Made by a program: the position numbers and the translations under genes
In this document: positions 44,980-58,144 of the stretch, piece by piece
How positions within the stretch are numbered: position 1 is the first letter of the stretch
Layout of the letters: each line of letters starts with the position of its first letter
NCBI GenBank assembly: GCA_002269645.1
Contig: NIVC01002256.1
Span: 1-64,000, forward strand
Reading direction: 5' to 3'
From: Macrostomum lignano
Taxonomy: Eukaryota
Length of the DNA stretch: 64,000 nucleotides
Notes under the pieces: model-generated
Told to the model about the DNA's origin: nothing
What the model saw: only the letters and a program-made list of their open reading frames with translations
Database searches by the model: none

Positions 44980-47900
44980 CAATGGCCGACGAACAGCAGG
45001 GAGTCGCCAAAATTTGTGATTAGCAGGCCAATTGGAACTATCCTACGCGACCCTCTGCAGCTCAAGGTGCTAGTACCCAAATCTGGTCGATCTGTTGAGC
45101 ACAAACTGTCCGGCGCTTTGCGAACGCATCAGCAACAGCAGCAGCAGCAACAGCTGCAACAGCAACAATTGCAGCAGCAATGCCAGTGCCATCATGAGCA
45201 ATGCCAGCAGCCGCCGCCAGTCCCAGCTGCTCCGACGGTCACCTGCACCTTAATCAGCGCACACGACGCCATCCACGTGTCAATCCAATCAAAGCGGGAG
45301 TCGTCAGACTGTAGGACTCATTTCGATCTGGTGATGCGCCTGTTGCAGCCCCGCCTGCGAGCTGCCCACCTGCTGTGCAAAGTCATGTACAGGAATATTC
45401 GCGATGAGGTCAAGGAGATGGGACCCTACCTGCTCGGGGTCACCGAGCCCGTCTGCTGCTACCGGTTGGAGGAAATGAACTGCCAGGTAAGCTTTATTGA
45501 TTTTCATATACTGAGAATCAATCAGCCGTACGCAGCCTTTGCGCGGCGCATCTGAAGACTGCGTAACGGCTGTTCAGTCCAAGGACTGGGGGGTCGTCAC
45601 ACACAGCCTCAATGCTGGCACCCATTTTACAGAGCCTGGGTGAACTGAAGCAATGCAGAGTAAAGGACACAAATAGTTCCAGTGGGATCGGGAATCGAAC
45701 CCCCGACCTTCGATCCAGTCGTGAGTCCGACGCTCTAAGCATAAGGCTACACCCCCCGTAAGACGGTCTCTTACTGTGAAGACTTGTAGGAACGATGTCA
45801 CCAGTGTCTACTTGACTTACTTGACTCAGCTTCAGGGGGTTCCGGGCATCCGGATACAGAGGAGAGGCGTCGGCGCCCATTCCACTAATACCTGGCGACC
45901 GCGGGCGGCTGCTGCTGCGGTGTCGTGCAGGGAGATCCGGTGGTGCCGGTGTCCGCAGCGCGGTCCCCCTCCGGAGAGTCCAGGAGGTGGATTGTCGCTT
46001 GCCCGTTAGCCCTTAGGTAGTGGACGAGCTGGCAGAGATTCTCGGGCCTGAAAACGTCGGAGAAGTCCGGGTTTGGGCCGAGGTAGTTGAGTCTGTCCTG
46101 ACTAAAGGCGAGACAGTCACAGATGAAGTGCTCCGCATTCTCGACACCGGAGAGGCAGAATGGGAATTCCTCGCTACGGATTTTCCCTGGAGGTAGCGAT
46201 GCCTGGCAAAACAGCCATGACCCGAGAGGGCCATGGTCACCGCCCTGATGTCCCTGCGGTTGAGTCCAAGCAGGACCCTTCGCAGGGCGCAGGGCGCATT
46301 GTGCCCACAGCCTTCTTGCGAATATTTTTCGACTCCAGCTTCCCAAACCAAAGCTCGAACCTCGGCTTCACCAGTAGCAGTTCACGTCTTACTTATTTAT
46401 CATGAAGTGACAAGTATGAAAGCATGCTCAATGAACTCCTGAGATCAGACAAATTAATTTTACTCAACAGGTGTCACCCAAGACCAATCATTACCATGTC
46501 TACTTGGCCCTTCAACTGGTGTCAGTTGAACCAGTCGTGGGTCAGTGCTGCAACGACAACAACAACAGCAGCAGCTGCAACAAGAACAACAGCAATAGTC
46601 TGACAGCAGATGACAACTCCAGCCGATGCGGCGCTGGCGGCGGCGGTGACGGCGAGCCGTACGACTGCGCCGACGTCGAGTCGGTGATCGATGATCTTGC
46701 CTCGCTGATGTCGGCGGCGGCGACTCCGCCTAGGTCGACTCGATCGCGACATCAGAGCATCAGCAGCAGCGCCTCGGTGTCGCTGGAGGAGCCTCTGCTA
46801 GCGATGTCGCCTGTTGGTACTCAGCTGCCCGATTTCACCGTGAAATGGTCGCCATTGGCAACGCTGAAGATTAGCACGGATTCTTCAGATAGCGAATCGC
46901 CACTTTATTGTGTGCCACAGCTTCTGTGCCTGTGCTCAGAGATGTTCTCGGAGCTGCTCATGGTGCAGCGGCCGGGAGGCGCGGCCGGGGAGGCTGGGGA
47001 GCTGGTCGTCCCCGGGGTGGCCAAGTCTGACCTGCTGCTGCTGCTGCAGCTCATTCATCCTGGCACACCGTGCACCGTGAACTTGGCCAATGTGCAGCAG
47101 GTGAGCTCGCTCGTTATCAGCTGATCAGACTGTTAAATTACTCTTATGAGAGATTGAGAGTATTAAATGACTCTTGTCAACTCCTGACTCATCAGAAGCT
47201 ATCTCCTGACTCTTATCAGCTATGTCCTGACTCTTATCAGCTATGTCCTGACTCTTATCAGCTATCTCCTGACTCTTATCAGCTATGTCCTGACTCTTAT
47301 CAGCTATGTCCTGACTCTTATCAGCTATCTCCTGACTCTTATCAGCTATGTCCTGACTCTTATCAGCTATGTCCTGACTCTTATCAGCTATCTCCTGACT
47401 CTTATCAGCTATGTCCTGACTCTTATCAGCTATGTCCTGACTCTTATCAGCTATCTCCTGACTCTTATCAGCTATGTCCTGACTCTTATCAGCTGTCTCA
47501 CTGACTCTTATCAGCTATGTCCTGACTCTTATCAGCTGTCTCACTGACTCTTATCAGCTATGTCCTGACTCTTATCAGCTGTCTCACTGACTCTTATCAG
47601 CTATGTCCTGACTCTTATCAGCTGTCTCACTGACTCTTATCAGCTGTCTCACTGACTCTTATCAGCCACGTCCTGACTCTTATCAGCTGTCTCCTGACTC
47701 TTATCAGCTATCTCCTGACTCTCTATCAGCTATGTCCTGACTCTTATCAGCTATGTCCTGACTCTTATCAGCTGTCTCACTGACTCTTATCAGCTATGTC
47801 CTGACTCTTATCAGCTGTCTCACTGACTCTTATCAGCTATGTCCTGACTCTTATCAGCTATGTCCTGACTCTTATCAGCTATGTCCTGACTCTTATCAGC

Positions 47901-48737
47901 TATGTCCTGACTCTTATCAGCTGTCTCACTGACTCTTATCAGCTTTGTCCTGACTCTTATCAGCTGTCTCACTGACTCTTATCAGCTATGTCCTGACTCT
48001 TATCAGCTGTCTCACTGACTCTTATCAGCTATGTCCTGACTCTTATCAGCTGTCTCACTGACTCTTATCAGCCACGTCCTGACTCTTATCAGCTGTCTCC
48101 TGACTCTCTATCAGCTATCTCCTGACTCTCTATCAGCTATGTCCTGACTCTTATCAGCCATCTCCTGACTCTTATCAGCTATGTCCTGACTCTTATCAGC
48201 TGTCTCCTGACTCTCTATCAGCTATCTCCTGACTCTCTATCAGCTATGTCCTGACTCTTATCAGCCATCTCCTGACTCTTATCAGCTATGTCCTGACTCT
48301 TATCAGCCATCTCCTGACTCTTATCAGCTATGTCCTGACTCTTATCAGCTATCTCCTGACTCTTATCAGCTATGTCCTGACTCTTATCAGCTATGTCCTG
48401 ACTCTTATCAGCTATGTCCTGACTCTTATCAGCTATGTCCTGACTCTTATCAGCCATCTCCTGACTCTTATCAGCTATCTCCTGACTCAAATCAGCTAGT
48501 TCCTGACCATAAATATCTCTGACTACTCTAAACTCCCCTCAGGTGCTCAGCCTGGCGGCAAAATTCCGAGTGCCTCATCTGCGCAGCACTGCCGACCAGC
48601 TGCTCTGCCGCAGTGTACACGCCAGCCCGCCAGTCAGCGCCTCCCGCCGTCAAGAGCTGTGTTCTCTGGCTACTCAGTACTCGTTGCCCTGTCTAGCTGA
48701 GCTGCTCCGCCTGAGACTGTCCGAGTCTGAGAACTGA
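44980..48737 (+). CDS. BTB/POZ-domain protein (possible MATH-like N-terminal region, polyQ tract); start codon not identified
   Basis: Exons ~44980-45486, 46471-47100 and 48543-48737 are joined by GT-AG phase-0 introns. The C-terminal PDFTVKW...[19 protein letters not shown]...[15 protein letters not shown]...[29 protein letters not shown] follows the BTB pattern. Confidence 0.75.
45510..45757 (-). mobile_element. tRNA-derived SINE with a V/CORE-like central domain, in BTB intron 1
   Basis: Minus strand reads GGGGGTGTAGCCTTATGCTTAGAGCGTCGGACTC...GGTTCGATTCCC (A and B boxes), then TGCATTGCTTCAGTTCACCCAGGCTCTGTAAAATGGGTGCC. Confidence 0.75.
45756..45784 (+). other. Fragment of the Macrostomum-type spliced-leader exon (5' ~30 nt)
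   Basis: CCGTAAGACGGTCTCTTACTGTGAAGACT versus the recalled SL CCGTAAAGACGGTCTCTTACTGCGAAGACTCAATTTATTGCATG: 1 gap and 1 mismatch over 30 nt. The reference is from memory and must be verified. Confidence 0.7.
45808..46330 (-). mobile_element. LINE (LOA/I/R1-like) 3' fragment with C-terminal zinc-knuckle remnant and (AAGTCAAGT) tail
   Basis: [31 protein letters not shown], then a frameshift, then [30 protein letters not shown]. Tail CTGAGTCAAGTAAGTCAAGTAG. Confidence 0.8.
47185..48500. repeat. 21-bp minisatellite (CTGACTCTTATCAGCTATGTC), about 60 units, in BTB intron 2
   Basis: Direct periodicity. Confidence 0.97.
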
Positions 48738-48914
48738 GGCTGGGACCTGCTGTAAAGCTGAGAGTCACTAATAATTGTATTGTAATTTAGTAATTTAGCA
48801 GTTTTAATGTGTATTTGTAGTTTGAATTCATGCAGCCTGTGATCTCTTAGCTATAAAATTTTAATGAATTTATGGTCGTATCAAACTGCAGCTGCGACCC
48901 GCCAGCGACTCACG

Positions 48915-49490
48915 TGACCCAGTGACTATTAGTGACTCTAATGACCCATCAGTGACTCTTGTGACCCATCAGTGACTTTAATGACCCATCAGCTATTCCA
49001 ATGACCCAGTGACCCTAATGACCCATCAGTGACTCTATGAACCATCAGTGACTCTATGAACCATCAGTGACTCTATGAACCATCAGTGACTCTATGAACC
49101 ATCAGTGACTCTATGAACCATCAGTGCCTATAATGACCCATCAGTGACTCCATGACCCATCAGTGACTCTATGAACCATCAGTGACTCTTTAAACCATCA
49201 GTAACTCTAATGACCCATCAGTGCTTATAATGACCCATCAGTGACTCCATGACCCATCAGTGACTCTATGAACCATCAGTGACTCTTTAAACCATCAGTA
49301 ACTCTAATGACCCATCAGTGACTATAATGACCCATCACGGCCATCAGTGACTATAATGACCCATCAGTGACTATAATGACCCATCAGTGACTATAATTAC
49401 CCATCAGTGACTATAATTACCCATCAGTGACTATAATGATCCATCAGTGACTCTATGACCCATCAGTGACTCTAATCATCTGTGACTCAC
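48915..49490. repeat. ~19-20 bp minisatellite (TGACCCATCAGTGACTCTAA)
   Basis: Direct periodicity. Confidence 0.9.
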
Positions 49491-52400
49491 TTGTTGACTT
49501 TGTTAACTTTGTAGTAAGTATAGTTGAAAAAGCAATCCGTTAAGCATTATAACTATTAATTTTTTGTAATGTTTCCAAAGTTTACTGGTAAACTTGCATC
49601 GTACTTGTGTTAGTATATTTTCAGTCATGTCACATTCTTATGACAGTAAGCTCAATAAATACTACTTCCAACTTATCGTTAGTTAATATTTTTCAACAAT
49701 GCTTCAAATGGCCATTCATCTCAGTCCTGATTTTTTGGGAATAACACAGCTGCAAATATCTTCCTAAATTTTTCAACAAAATTCCTCAATGTTGCAAGCA
49801 ATCACTTTATTTTGAAGCACTTTTTTACTTTTGCTTTTATAATTGCGATCACAATTTGTACAGAAGCCCTGCGCGAAATCGTTTACATTTTCTGCGACGG
49901 TTCAATCAGTGTAAAAAAAGTCATTTAAACAATTCGAATCGCATGTTAAGCGTTGTTTTGGACCATATTTTTTGTCCTAATACTCCTATGACTTGCTTTC
50001 TAGCTCTTTTTTTCGCTTGTCCTCCTGTTGTGTTGGCTCTGTTCTAAGTAAAGTTTTTTCACTTTATTATTTCTTTGATTTTATTCAATAGTACTTTTTT
50101 TACTGATGCATGGTTGGCTTTACAGTCGTAGAAATTACTTATAAACATGTCTCACTTTTTTGTGTATCGTCTTTTGCTTTTTTCATTTCATTGTTGCTTT
50201 CTTTTTATAATTTAGAAATTTAGCAGCGCTTATAATTCTCAAACAATTAGCAAATTGCAAAATTTTCCTTTCTACCTTAGCTTTATTCTCAATTCATTTT
50301 TATGTTTTTGTACTAGCTGGTGGGTTCCTTAATCCTTACACGTTTATTGTAAAATTAATCAATAAAATAACTATCATTTACTTTAAAAAATCAATAATTC
50401 ACGGAATTAAAAAGTTCCAAACGACGCCTTCACCTTCGCATTTGCGCTCGTACGAGCTATGTTTAAAATGGCCAACAGCACCAATCGCTACTTTGTATGC
50501 AAGTAGAAATAGTATAAACTGTGCATTATGATCATTTTATAGAAAATTACATTGACAGTCTATAATGTGATAGAGCATAGAATTTACACACCGTGAACGG
50601 CCAATAAAATCAACTGCAAACTCTATTGACTCCTCACTGAAAAAGCGTGTTTATGCGTGCATATATCCATGGGAATTCAACACAATTATGTCTGTCATGT
50701 ACTTGCATGCAAACTGCCTCTTCGGGGTCGGATATAGCGCACGGTTAACATACAATAACTATTAGTAATAATTTTAGAGCCAAATTTCTCATTTTAGCTG
50801 AAAGCAAGTACGCTTTGTCAAAAAAATTGTAAGACCTACTAGACGTGACATTGTCCTAAGATCTAATACTAAGCGGAAAGTGAGCCAAAAATCCGCCGGC
50901 TAGTGCATTCAGACGACTGTCTATTCATAATCGCCGGCGTCCAAGCACCCATACAGTCGGTTACCAGATACAACGGTTTACCAATATACGAACTTACTTC
51001 GTTATAACAAATCTAGTGCATTTAATAAGTTATAAAAACAAAAAGCTGGAAGTGTAAAAAAATTAAAAAAGTTATGAAACAAGTTTTCTTTAATATTAAA
51101 AATTCACGCACAGGTAGTTGTTATTTTTTAACTGACATTATTTGGGCAAGTTAAGTCTTGGAAAACCTGCTGCAGATCAGCAGGCAGCAGGCAGGCTTCG
51201 AGGCTTGCTGGCTGCTTGCGTCTTGTTTATGATTTTTTTGGTACAAAAGCTTACGCCTACAAGCCCTACATCTGGATTAAACCTTAGGACTAGTGGCTGT
51301 AATTAAGAATATGGACCTATACGGATTTAGATGGCTATCAGCATCAACTGCACTGCTTACTTACTAACCAAAACCAACCAGTCCAACATTAACCTAACCA
51401 GTGGCAGTAACCACAAGCACAAGCAATGGTTATGGACTAGACCTAGGCAAGCCAAGTAGATATATCTGTAGTTGTAGTTGTATCTGTAGCTGCCATAGGC
51501 ACCTTTTTACCATATTTGCCATAGGATCCCATGGCCATACGCCATACCTGTCTGTAGCTACAGCTATGGCGGAACACTATCTAAAAATATTATTGCCTGA
51601 AAGACCCAACCAAAAGTTAACTTCCATAGTCCAGAAGGTGGCCTTTACCCCAGAAAATTCTGGTGTATTTTTGCTCTCCCTGACAATCTTGGCATACATT
51701 TGGCATATAAAATTTTCAGGTTCAACACTTCAACATGAAGCACATATAGTTGGCGTACAAAAAATTTCCCTGTTAGGGTTAATGTACTCATGTAGTTAAA
51801 TATCAGCCAGTCAAAGCTCTTAAAAATAATTAAAAACTAAAGTAAAAAATTTATGAAATTTATGGGAAAAAACAAAATTAAAACAAAGAATATCATTTTT
51901 TAGCAAAAAACGCCATGGTGAAGTTAAAAAAAACTGTTTCATTTATAATAATATACATTCTATAAAAAATTGGCATAGGCCTACAAGCAACTGTGGGCTT
52001 GGTATACAAAAACATGAATTTTCATTCCCATATATGTATGCCTGCCATGATCCAGACGGCGGACTATGGGTTAGGGCCTAACTTGACCTATACTAACTTT
52101 TTGTTTATTATAAATAAACTTTGCAATAGGACAGATAGCAAATACATGATCATCATGACATTAGATGAGGGTGGGGCTAGGATCATAACAATGCCTATAA
52201 CAGCCAGAGCCAGCCAATCACGATCATATTCAAGTGCAAACTACTCTACCTTCTAATTCACTAACTGTCTAATTTTTTTCAATAGATATTTAAATTAAAT
52301 AGAATATATCTCTAAAATGTTGCAATAAACGAAATTATGCATACAAAAAAATCTCCAACTTTTTACTTTACCTTTTTAACTTTTAATAACTTTTTGCATG

Positions 52401-52927
52401 ACTCACAATATCTTTTATAAAAATGGCTTCACAAGTTATTTAGCAATAATCTTTAAGTTGTTTTGTTTGCTGGTGGACAAAAAGGTGGCAGACAAAATGA
52501 TCATGCTCCAACAAAATCTGTGCACACAGGCAAAAACTTGTGCACTTGCATGTAATTTTTTGGCTAACTTATACAACTTTGAAAGGTTTATATATATAGT
52601 TTTTTCCAAAAAACTTGGCATGATTTTATTGAAAAGTGCAAGAAACTTGCATTGTAAAATTGTTGCTGTTGCTATGCTATTGTGGTTTTTTATTATGATT
52701 TAGGATTACTTTTGTAATTAATATTAAAAAAGCTATATTTGTTCTGAACTTATTATTTAGAAATAAAAAAATAAAAAATTAAAGTAGAAATTAAAAAAAA
52801 TCTTTTTTTAATTTATTTTCCTAGGGCCTCTTTGTTATAACTTTGTTTATATTTTTTAAAAAGTATGGTTGAATTAAATTGGGTTTTTGGTATTAAGTAC
52901 TAAAAATATTTTACATTTCTCAAGTTT

Positions 52928-52952
52928 ATTCTCTCTCTCTCTCCTCTCTCTT

Positions 52953-53000
<48 letters not shown>
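52928..53000. repeat. (CT)n microsatellite
   Basis: Read directly; a similar tract lies at 63737-63770. Confidence 0.9.
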
Positions 53001-53003
<3 letters not shown>

Positions 53004-53789
53004 ACCTATATATATTATTCTTATAAAGTTATAAACAGTCAACAAGATGATATAATATACATTAAAGTATTATTTTTAAAGGTTTATCTAAAGCCTATGC
53101 ATTGTTTTTCCCATTAAAAAAAATTCCAGCAACAATAAACTGATGACAACAAGTTGTTGCTTGTTGTCTCTTGTTATCACCATGCCATATATCAACCAAT
53201 CAGAGTCTGCCAAAAAGCAGGTAGCACTCTGGATTCAAAAGTTTACATTTGTATAATATTACTGACTTCAAGCAAGTTGGCCCTAGAGTATAGATGGGAT
53301 GAATATTTAGAAAAAATTGGAATCAAAACCATTATGCTAAATTTTATATCAGAGTGCCTTTTTTTGCAAATTGATAAATAAAACACTTTTGTTACAGTTT
53401 CAACAAGTTTTTCTAAGTTTTTCTTAGAAAATACTAGTGTATACACTTGCAAATTCTTATCAAATTAATATTAAAAGACATTAGCTACTTTAACCAAGTC
53501 AACTATTTGACTATCAATAAATCAAATAAATTTCTTAATTTTAAATATCAACAAACATGAAAAAAACAGGATATTAAACATATAAATGATGCTAGACAAC
53601 ATATTAATTATAGCATTTATATTAGGTGATATTAGACCTAGGTCAGCCTTTTTTATAGCAGAGGGCATCTGATATTAATTAAGTTATCTCCTACTATAGT
53701 CAATAAGAAATTTCTCTCTAATCAAATAATAATATTATCTTAACTATCAAGTTAAGGTTTTATATATATATATATATATATAATTTTTA

Positions 53790-54146
53790 TTATTATTACA
53801 GGCAGGGGGTGTGTGCACCCTGGCGCACTTTAAGCGTCATAGGCACACAACCGGCGAGAGGCATTGCTGCCCATTCCGCCGACTCCCCTGAGCAGGCATA
53901 CAAGCGCGCGGATACATACACAGGCACACACTCACACAGGAGTGTACAGCGGCCCTAACTTTATATTATCGTTAGGCATGTACACTTCACTGCGCCTTGG
54001 GGGGTTGGCTATCAAGGCCGCTAATTGCACGAGCAGAGCCAAGCCGAGATTCCAATTCAGCCCCAAATTAATGTGACTGCACTTGGAATCGAGCCTGAGT
54101 CGCTGGCACACCAGAGCAGCTGCGCTACTGCTGGGCTACGGCCCCC
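53790..54146 (-). mobile_element. Near full-length tRNA-derived SINE with (TAA)n tail
   Basis: Minus strand has GGGGCCGTAGCCCAGCAGTAG (A box) and GGCTCGATTCC (B box). The body is shared with 24423-24665 and the tail is TAATAATAATA. Confidence 0.75.
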
Positions 54147-54696
54147 TTATATATATAATATAATATAATATATTAGATTATTTGAAGCTAACTAATAATA
54201 TTTTTATATATATAGTTTATTGTGTAGAATGCACAACTTCAACAGTTTTAAATCTCCTAGGCTATTATTAATTTGAAAAAAAGTGTATTTAAATTAAGGT
54301 ATTAATTTGTTTTCTTATATATAATATATAATATGGTTCCAATAATTTTATGCCAAAAGGTATACCAAAATATCTTTTAAAACATTTGTATACCAAGTGT
54401 ATACTAAATATTTCCAAATATATAGTAGACATTTTAAGCATTTAGGTACGTGACAATCTTTAATTTAGACTGGGTGTTATTAACTATTAAATTTAGTCTA
54501 GTTTATGAGTTTATGAGTATTTGAAATGAGTCATGAAACAGATTTTTCATGTTTTCAATGTTTGAATTTTGAATTTTTTTTGTCCCATGGGGGTTTTATG
54601 CATTAGTCTATATACTAAAATGGTTTGTTGGTATCTAGGTATCTATGTAATCAATTTCAGAAAAAAATGCTAAATTAATTTTTTAAACTGTAAGAA

Positions 54697-55480
54697 GGCT
54701 CATTCCATATAAGCACAGTCGTAACATGACAGGCTATTTTTACCTATAAAATGAAATCTAATAATAGATTATACTAAACCAATATTTTAAATAAAAGATT
54801 ATTTTGTCTAGAATATATCTATAGAGTTTCATATAGATATCATCATTAGTATAGATGCTATTAAACCTTAAATGACTCTTATGGTCGTAACGACAGGATT
54901 TTTGACATATAGAAACTAGAAGGTAAAAGTCATATAACATTTTTCATTTTTGATATTTTGCAATACATTTTTAAAATTTGACTAAGAACATCTTTAGAAA
55001 TCATACTCTTTTATTAGAATATATAAACTCAAAAGGCAACAAAGATACAAAAGAAAAGGCAGCCTTATGGTTGTAACATTATGGTCGTAACATATTTTTT
55101 CTGTCAATTCAGTAACTTTGAGGTACTAATACATTAAAAATATAATAGATTATTTGGTCACCAATGCTTTTATCTGATGATGCAAGTACTTACTTTTATC
55201 TATAGTTTGTTTCAACCTTCAAAAGCTTTCTATTTTTTTTTAAAAGGTACAAAATCTTAATGATGTCTTTTGCTTCGAAAAATGTCCAAATTTTTACAAA
55301 AATGACTTTTTGCCAATTGATAACATACTAATCCAACATTTTATCATTCATTTATTCTTAGATTGTATATATTGCACATAAAAAACATTTGGTAAAAGAA
55401 TAGGCTAATAAGGCAATGGCAAGCAAAAATATTGACTTTTTTCTATTTTCCAAATATGTCCATCTTATATGGAATGAGCC
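54697..55480. mobile_element. Non-autonomous TIR element (784 bp) with 17-bp perfect TIRs and a 4-bp TSD; superfamily unassigned
   Basis: GGCTCATTCCATATAAG / CTTATATGGAATGAGCC, with AGAA on both flanks and an internal repeated TATGGTCGTAAC motif. Confidence 0.8.
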
Positions 55481-55499
55481 AGAAGTATAAAAAATATGA

Positions 55500-56190
55500 A
55501 AATTATAGGTGTTGTACTTATGGTTTTCTCGGGGTGGCCTGGTAGGTCTTTGAATCCCATCGCTGCCACCAGTGAAGTACTTGCAGTTTTCTTGCTGTCT
55601 AGCACAATGACTTGGGCTCTCCGTCTTCTCACTTGGAAGCCTTCTTAACTCTTAGTAGCGCAGGTAGTGCTGCCACCAGTTCCTTCAGGTCTTGGCCTTC
55701 AATGAAGTGAGCTTCCCATCGGAATGAAATAACAAAGTCAATGAACTCAGCACCGGCTGCAGATTTGCAGTTCAATGTACAAGGTGTCTCGTCAGCAGCA
55801 CCTGCCAGGCTTGGTTGGTTCAGGGAGGGCTGAGTTAGCCTCTCGTAGGCTTGAGGTTGGGCTTTAGTGGGGTCTCAGTCAGACCAGTACAAGCAGATTC
55901 AGTGTATGCAAAGGGCACTTAGTTAGACACTGATGCACATGGGAGCTTAGTGGATTCTCTGCAGATAAGAAGCCTCCTTAATGGAAACAAGGGGAGAGGC
56001 GTCTTATTTATAGCCGGGACAGCCCACATCAGAGAAGCTGGGGGCTGAGAAATGCAAAGCAAAACAGGCAGGAGGGAAGGGAGCAGCAACAGACAGCCAA
56101 AAGGAGGGAGGCAGGAAGCTGACCAGCAGCAGACAGCAATCCAGGGCGAGGGCAAGGGCAACTGCTAACAAAGTGTGATGCCCAACACTA
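55500..56190 (-). mobile_element. Possible decayed LTR-element 5' remnant (LTR-like segment plus gag-like frame)
   Basis: A GC-richer island in AT-rich DNA. The minus strand starts TGTTGGG, has CTATAAATAAG, and then a stop-bounded frame QAYERLTQP...EFIDFVISFRWEAHFIEGQDLKELVAALPALL. No second LTR or TSD was found. Confidence 0.25.
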
Positions 56191-57519
56191 AACTAGCGGA
56201 TCACTACATAGGCAAAAATAGGGGAATTTTCATATGCAACAAGGTCCTAAGTAGTCATATATGCTACTGTATACCACAGGAGTTTTTAAATATTTTAGAA
56301 TAGTTATTCTATTAGACTATCCAATCAAGTTAAACCTGCTTTCAATCTTATTCCTTTAGAAGCATCTATTTTTTAAATCTGGTAATTTTTCTATCTAGTT
56401 AAAAATTTAAATTGGCAAATATATATATAACATATCTGAATATATCTGATTTTCTTGATAATATGCAGAATTTCTAACAAAAGTGATTCTAAATGTTAAT
56501 ATTAATAGTCAAATAGTGCTCTAAAATTCTAGAATGGTCTGTTAACACATTGGATGCAATTGAGTAAAAATTTTGTAAATTATCTGCATTTTTAATAATT
56601 TAAACTTTTCCTACCTGCATTACTAATAGTAATCTGTTAAAGATTTAAATGTAAAAAAATCAAAGCTTTGTTTTCTGCAAATCCTAATTATTTTCATTAC
56701 TCTCCACATTTTATGCTGTTATAGTACTTGCCTTAGTAATATGACTAAGTCTAGATTTACTACTATCTATAATCTTGCCAAGTCAATCTTTATGATTCTG
56801 GACTAAAAGAAATTTCAAACTCCCCCCTGCCGCTTATTTTCCTTCCCTCCCTGCCTTTCGCCCTCTTGCCCTCTTCCTGTTAATAGAAAATATTTTGGAA
56901 GGTCCCGACCACCGCCTTTAACGCCCCATTCTCCCTTCCCCAAAAAATTTAGTAATAGAGAATTGCTCTCGTAAAAATATGGAGAGCTGCAACTGCAAAT
57001 GATGGAGGGCCATTGTGTTGCTGATTGCCAATCCGCATCGAGGAAAGATCAGAGACAGGCGGCTACAAATTTTCACTCAAGATTTTGTTGGTTCACCAAC
57101 CACCCACCGTCTTCACTTGGCCCTCTTGACACTGAAGGGTGAAGGGAGAGTGAGAGTGTGTGAAACGCGAGAGCTGTCAGGTCTCAATTAAATAATAATG
57201 CCTGACAATTCATCTTTTCTCTGTCTGCCCTGTCGGTCTCCAGATTCCAGGCCAGTTAAGCTTGCATTCCCAGCTTCGAACCTTTATTCTGTGTGGACTT
57301 GACCAACCGGATGTCTGAAGGGAACTCTGGGAGCCGCTATTCACTTTGCATGCTGCACGTGTTGTATTGAGTAGCTTTCACTGACTTTGACTCTCAGAAC
57401 TGTCCGTTAAATTGTCCATTAAAATGCTGACTTTCTGTCTGTGTCCATCTGTCTGCTTGCATCTTGAATCTACCTGCTGCTGTCCGCCTGTCTGTGCTGT
57501 CTGTGTCTGCCTGTCTGCC

Positions 57520-57567
57520 CATCCACCTGTCTATCTGTCTATCTGTCTGTCTGTCTGTCTCTGTCTG

Positions 57568-57622
<55 letters not shown>

Positions 57623-57625
57623 GTT

Positions 57626-57721
<96 letters not shown>

Positions 57722-57722
57722 A
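57520..57722. repeat. (TCTG)n microsatellite
   Basis: Read directly. Confidence 0.97.
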
Positions 57723-58144
57723 GCCTATGCCAACTCTGCCGGCCATCTCTCTTTCTGTCCCTTCCAATCAGCCCCCGTCTGTTCTGATTGGCTGTCTCCA
57801 ATACGCATATATTAAGTGTATTTTATAGGACTAAAAAACTCTGTCACAGTTTACTATACACTACAAATCTGCATCTATGCTGTTATAAAGATAGAATAAT
57901 ATATAAGAAAGTAAAATAATAGCTTATCATGACTCTGCCTGGCGGTCTCCGCCTGTTCGACAGCGGCACCAACTGTAAATTGGGTTGCTACCCACCCGGA
58001 ACTAACAATAATAATTGCTGAATCAGCTTTGCCGACAACAACAACAAAAGCATCGGCAGCAGCGGCGGCAGTAGCTGTTGCAGTTGCGGTTGCTGTTGCT
58101 CAGTCAATAATTGGCCTAATTATCATAATAATAACAATAGAAGC

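Noticed and set aside
49500-53780. Scattered 60-130 aa ORFs in AT-rich DNA
   Set aside because: AT-rich codon use unlike the real exons here, mostly non-ATG starts and no motifs.
45510-54146. tRNA genes at 45690-45757 and 54080-54146 (also 9359-9418 and 11869-11929)
   Set aside because: A/B boxes are present but no complete cloverleaf or acceptor stem could be built, and the sequences continue into repeat bodies. Treated as SINE heads.
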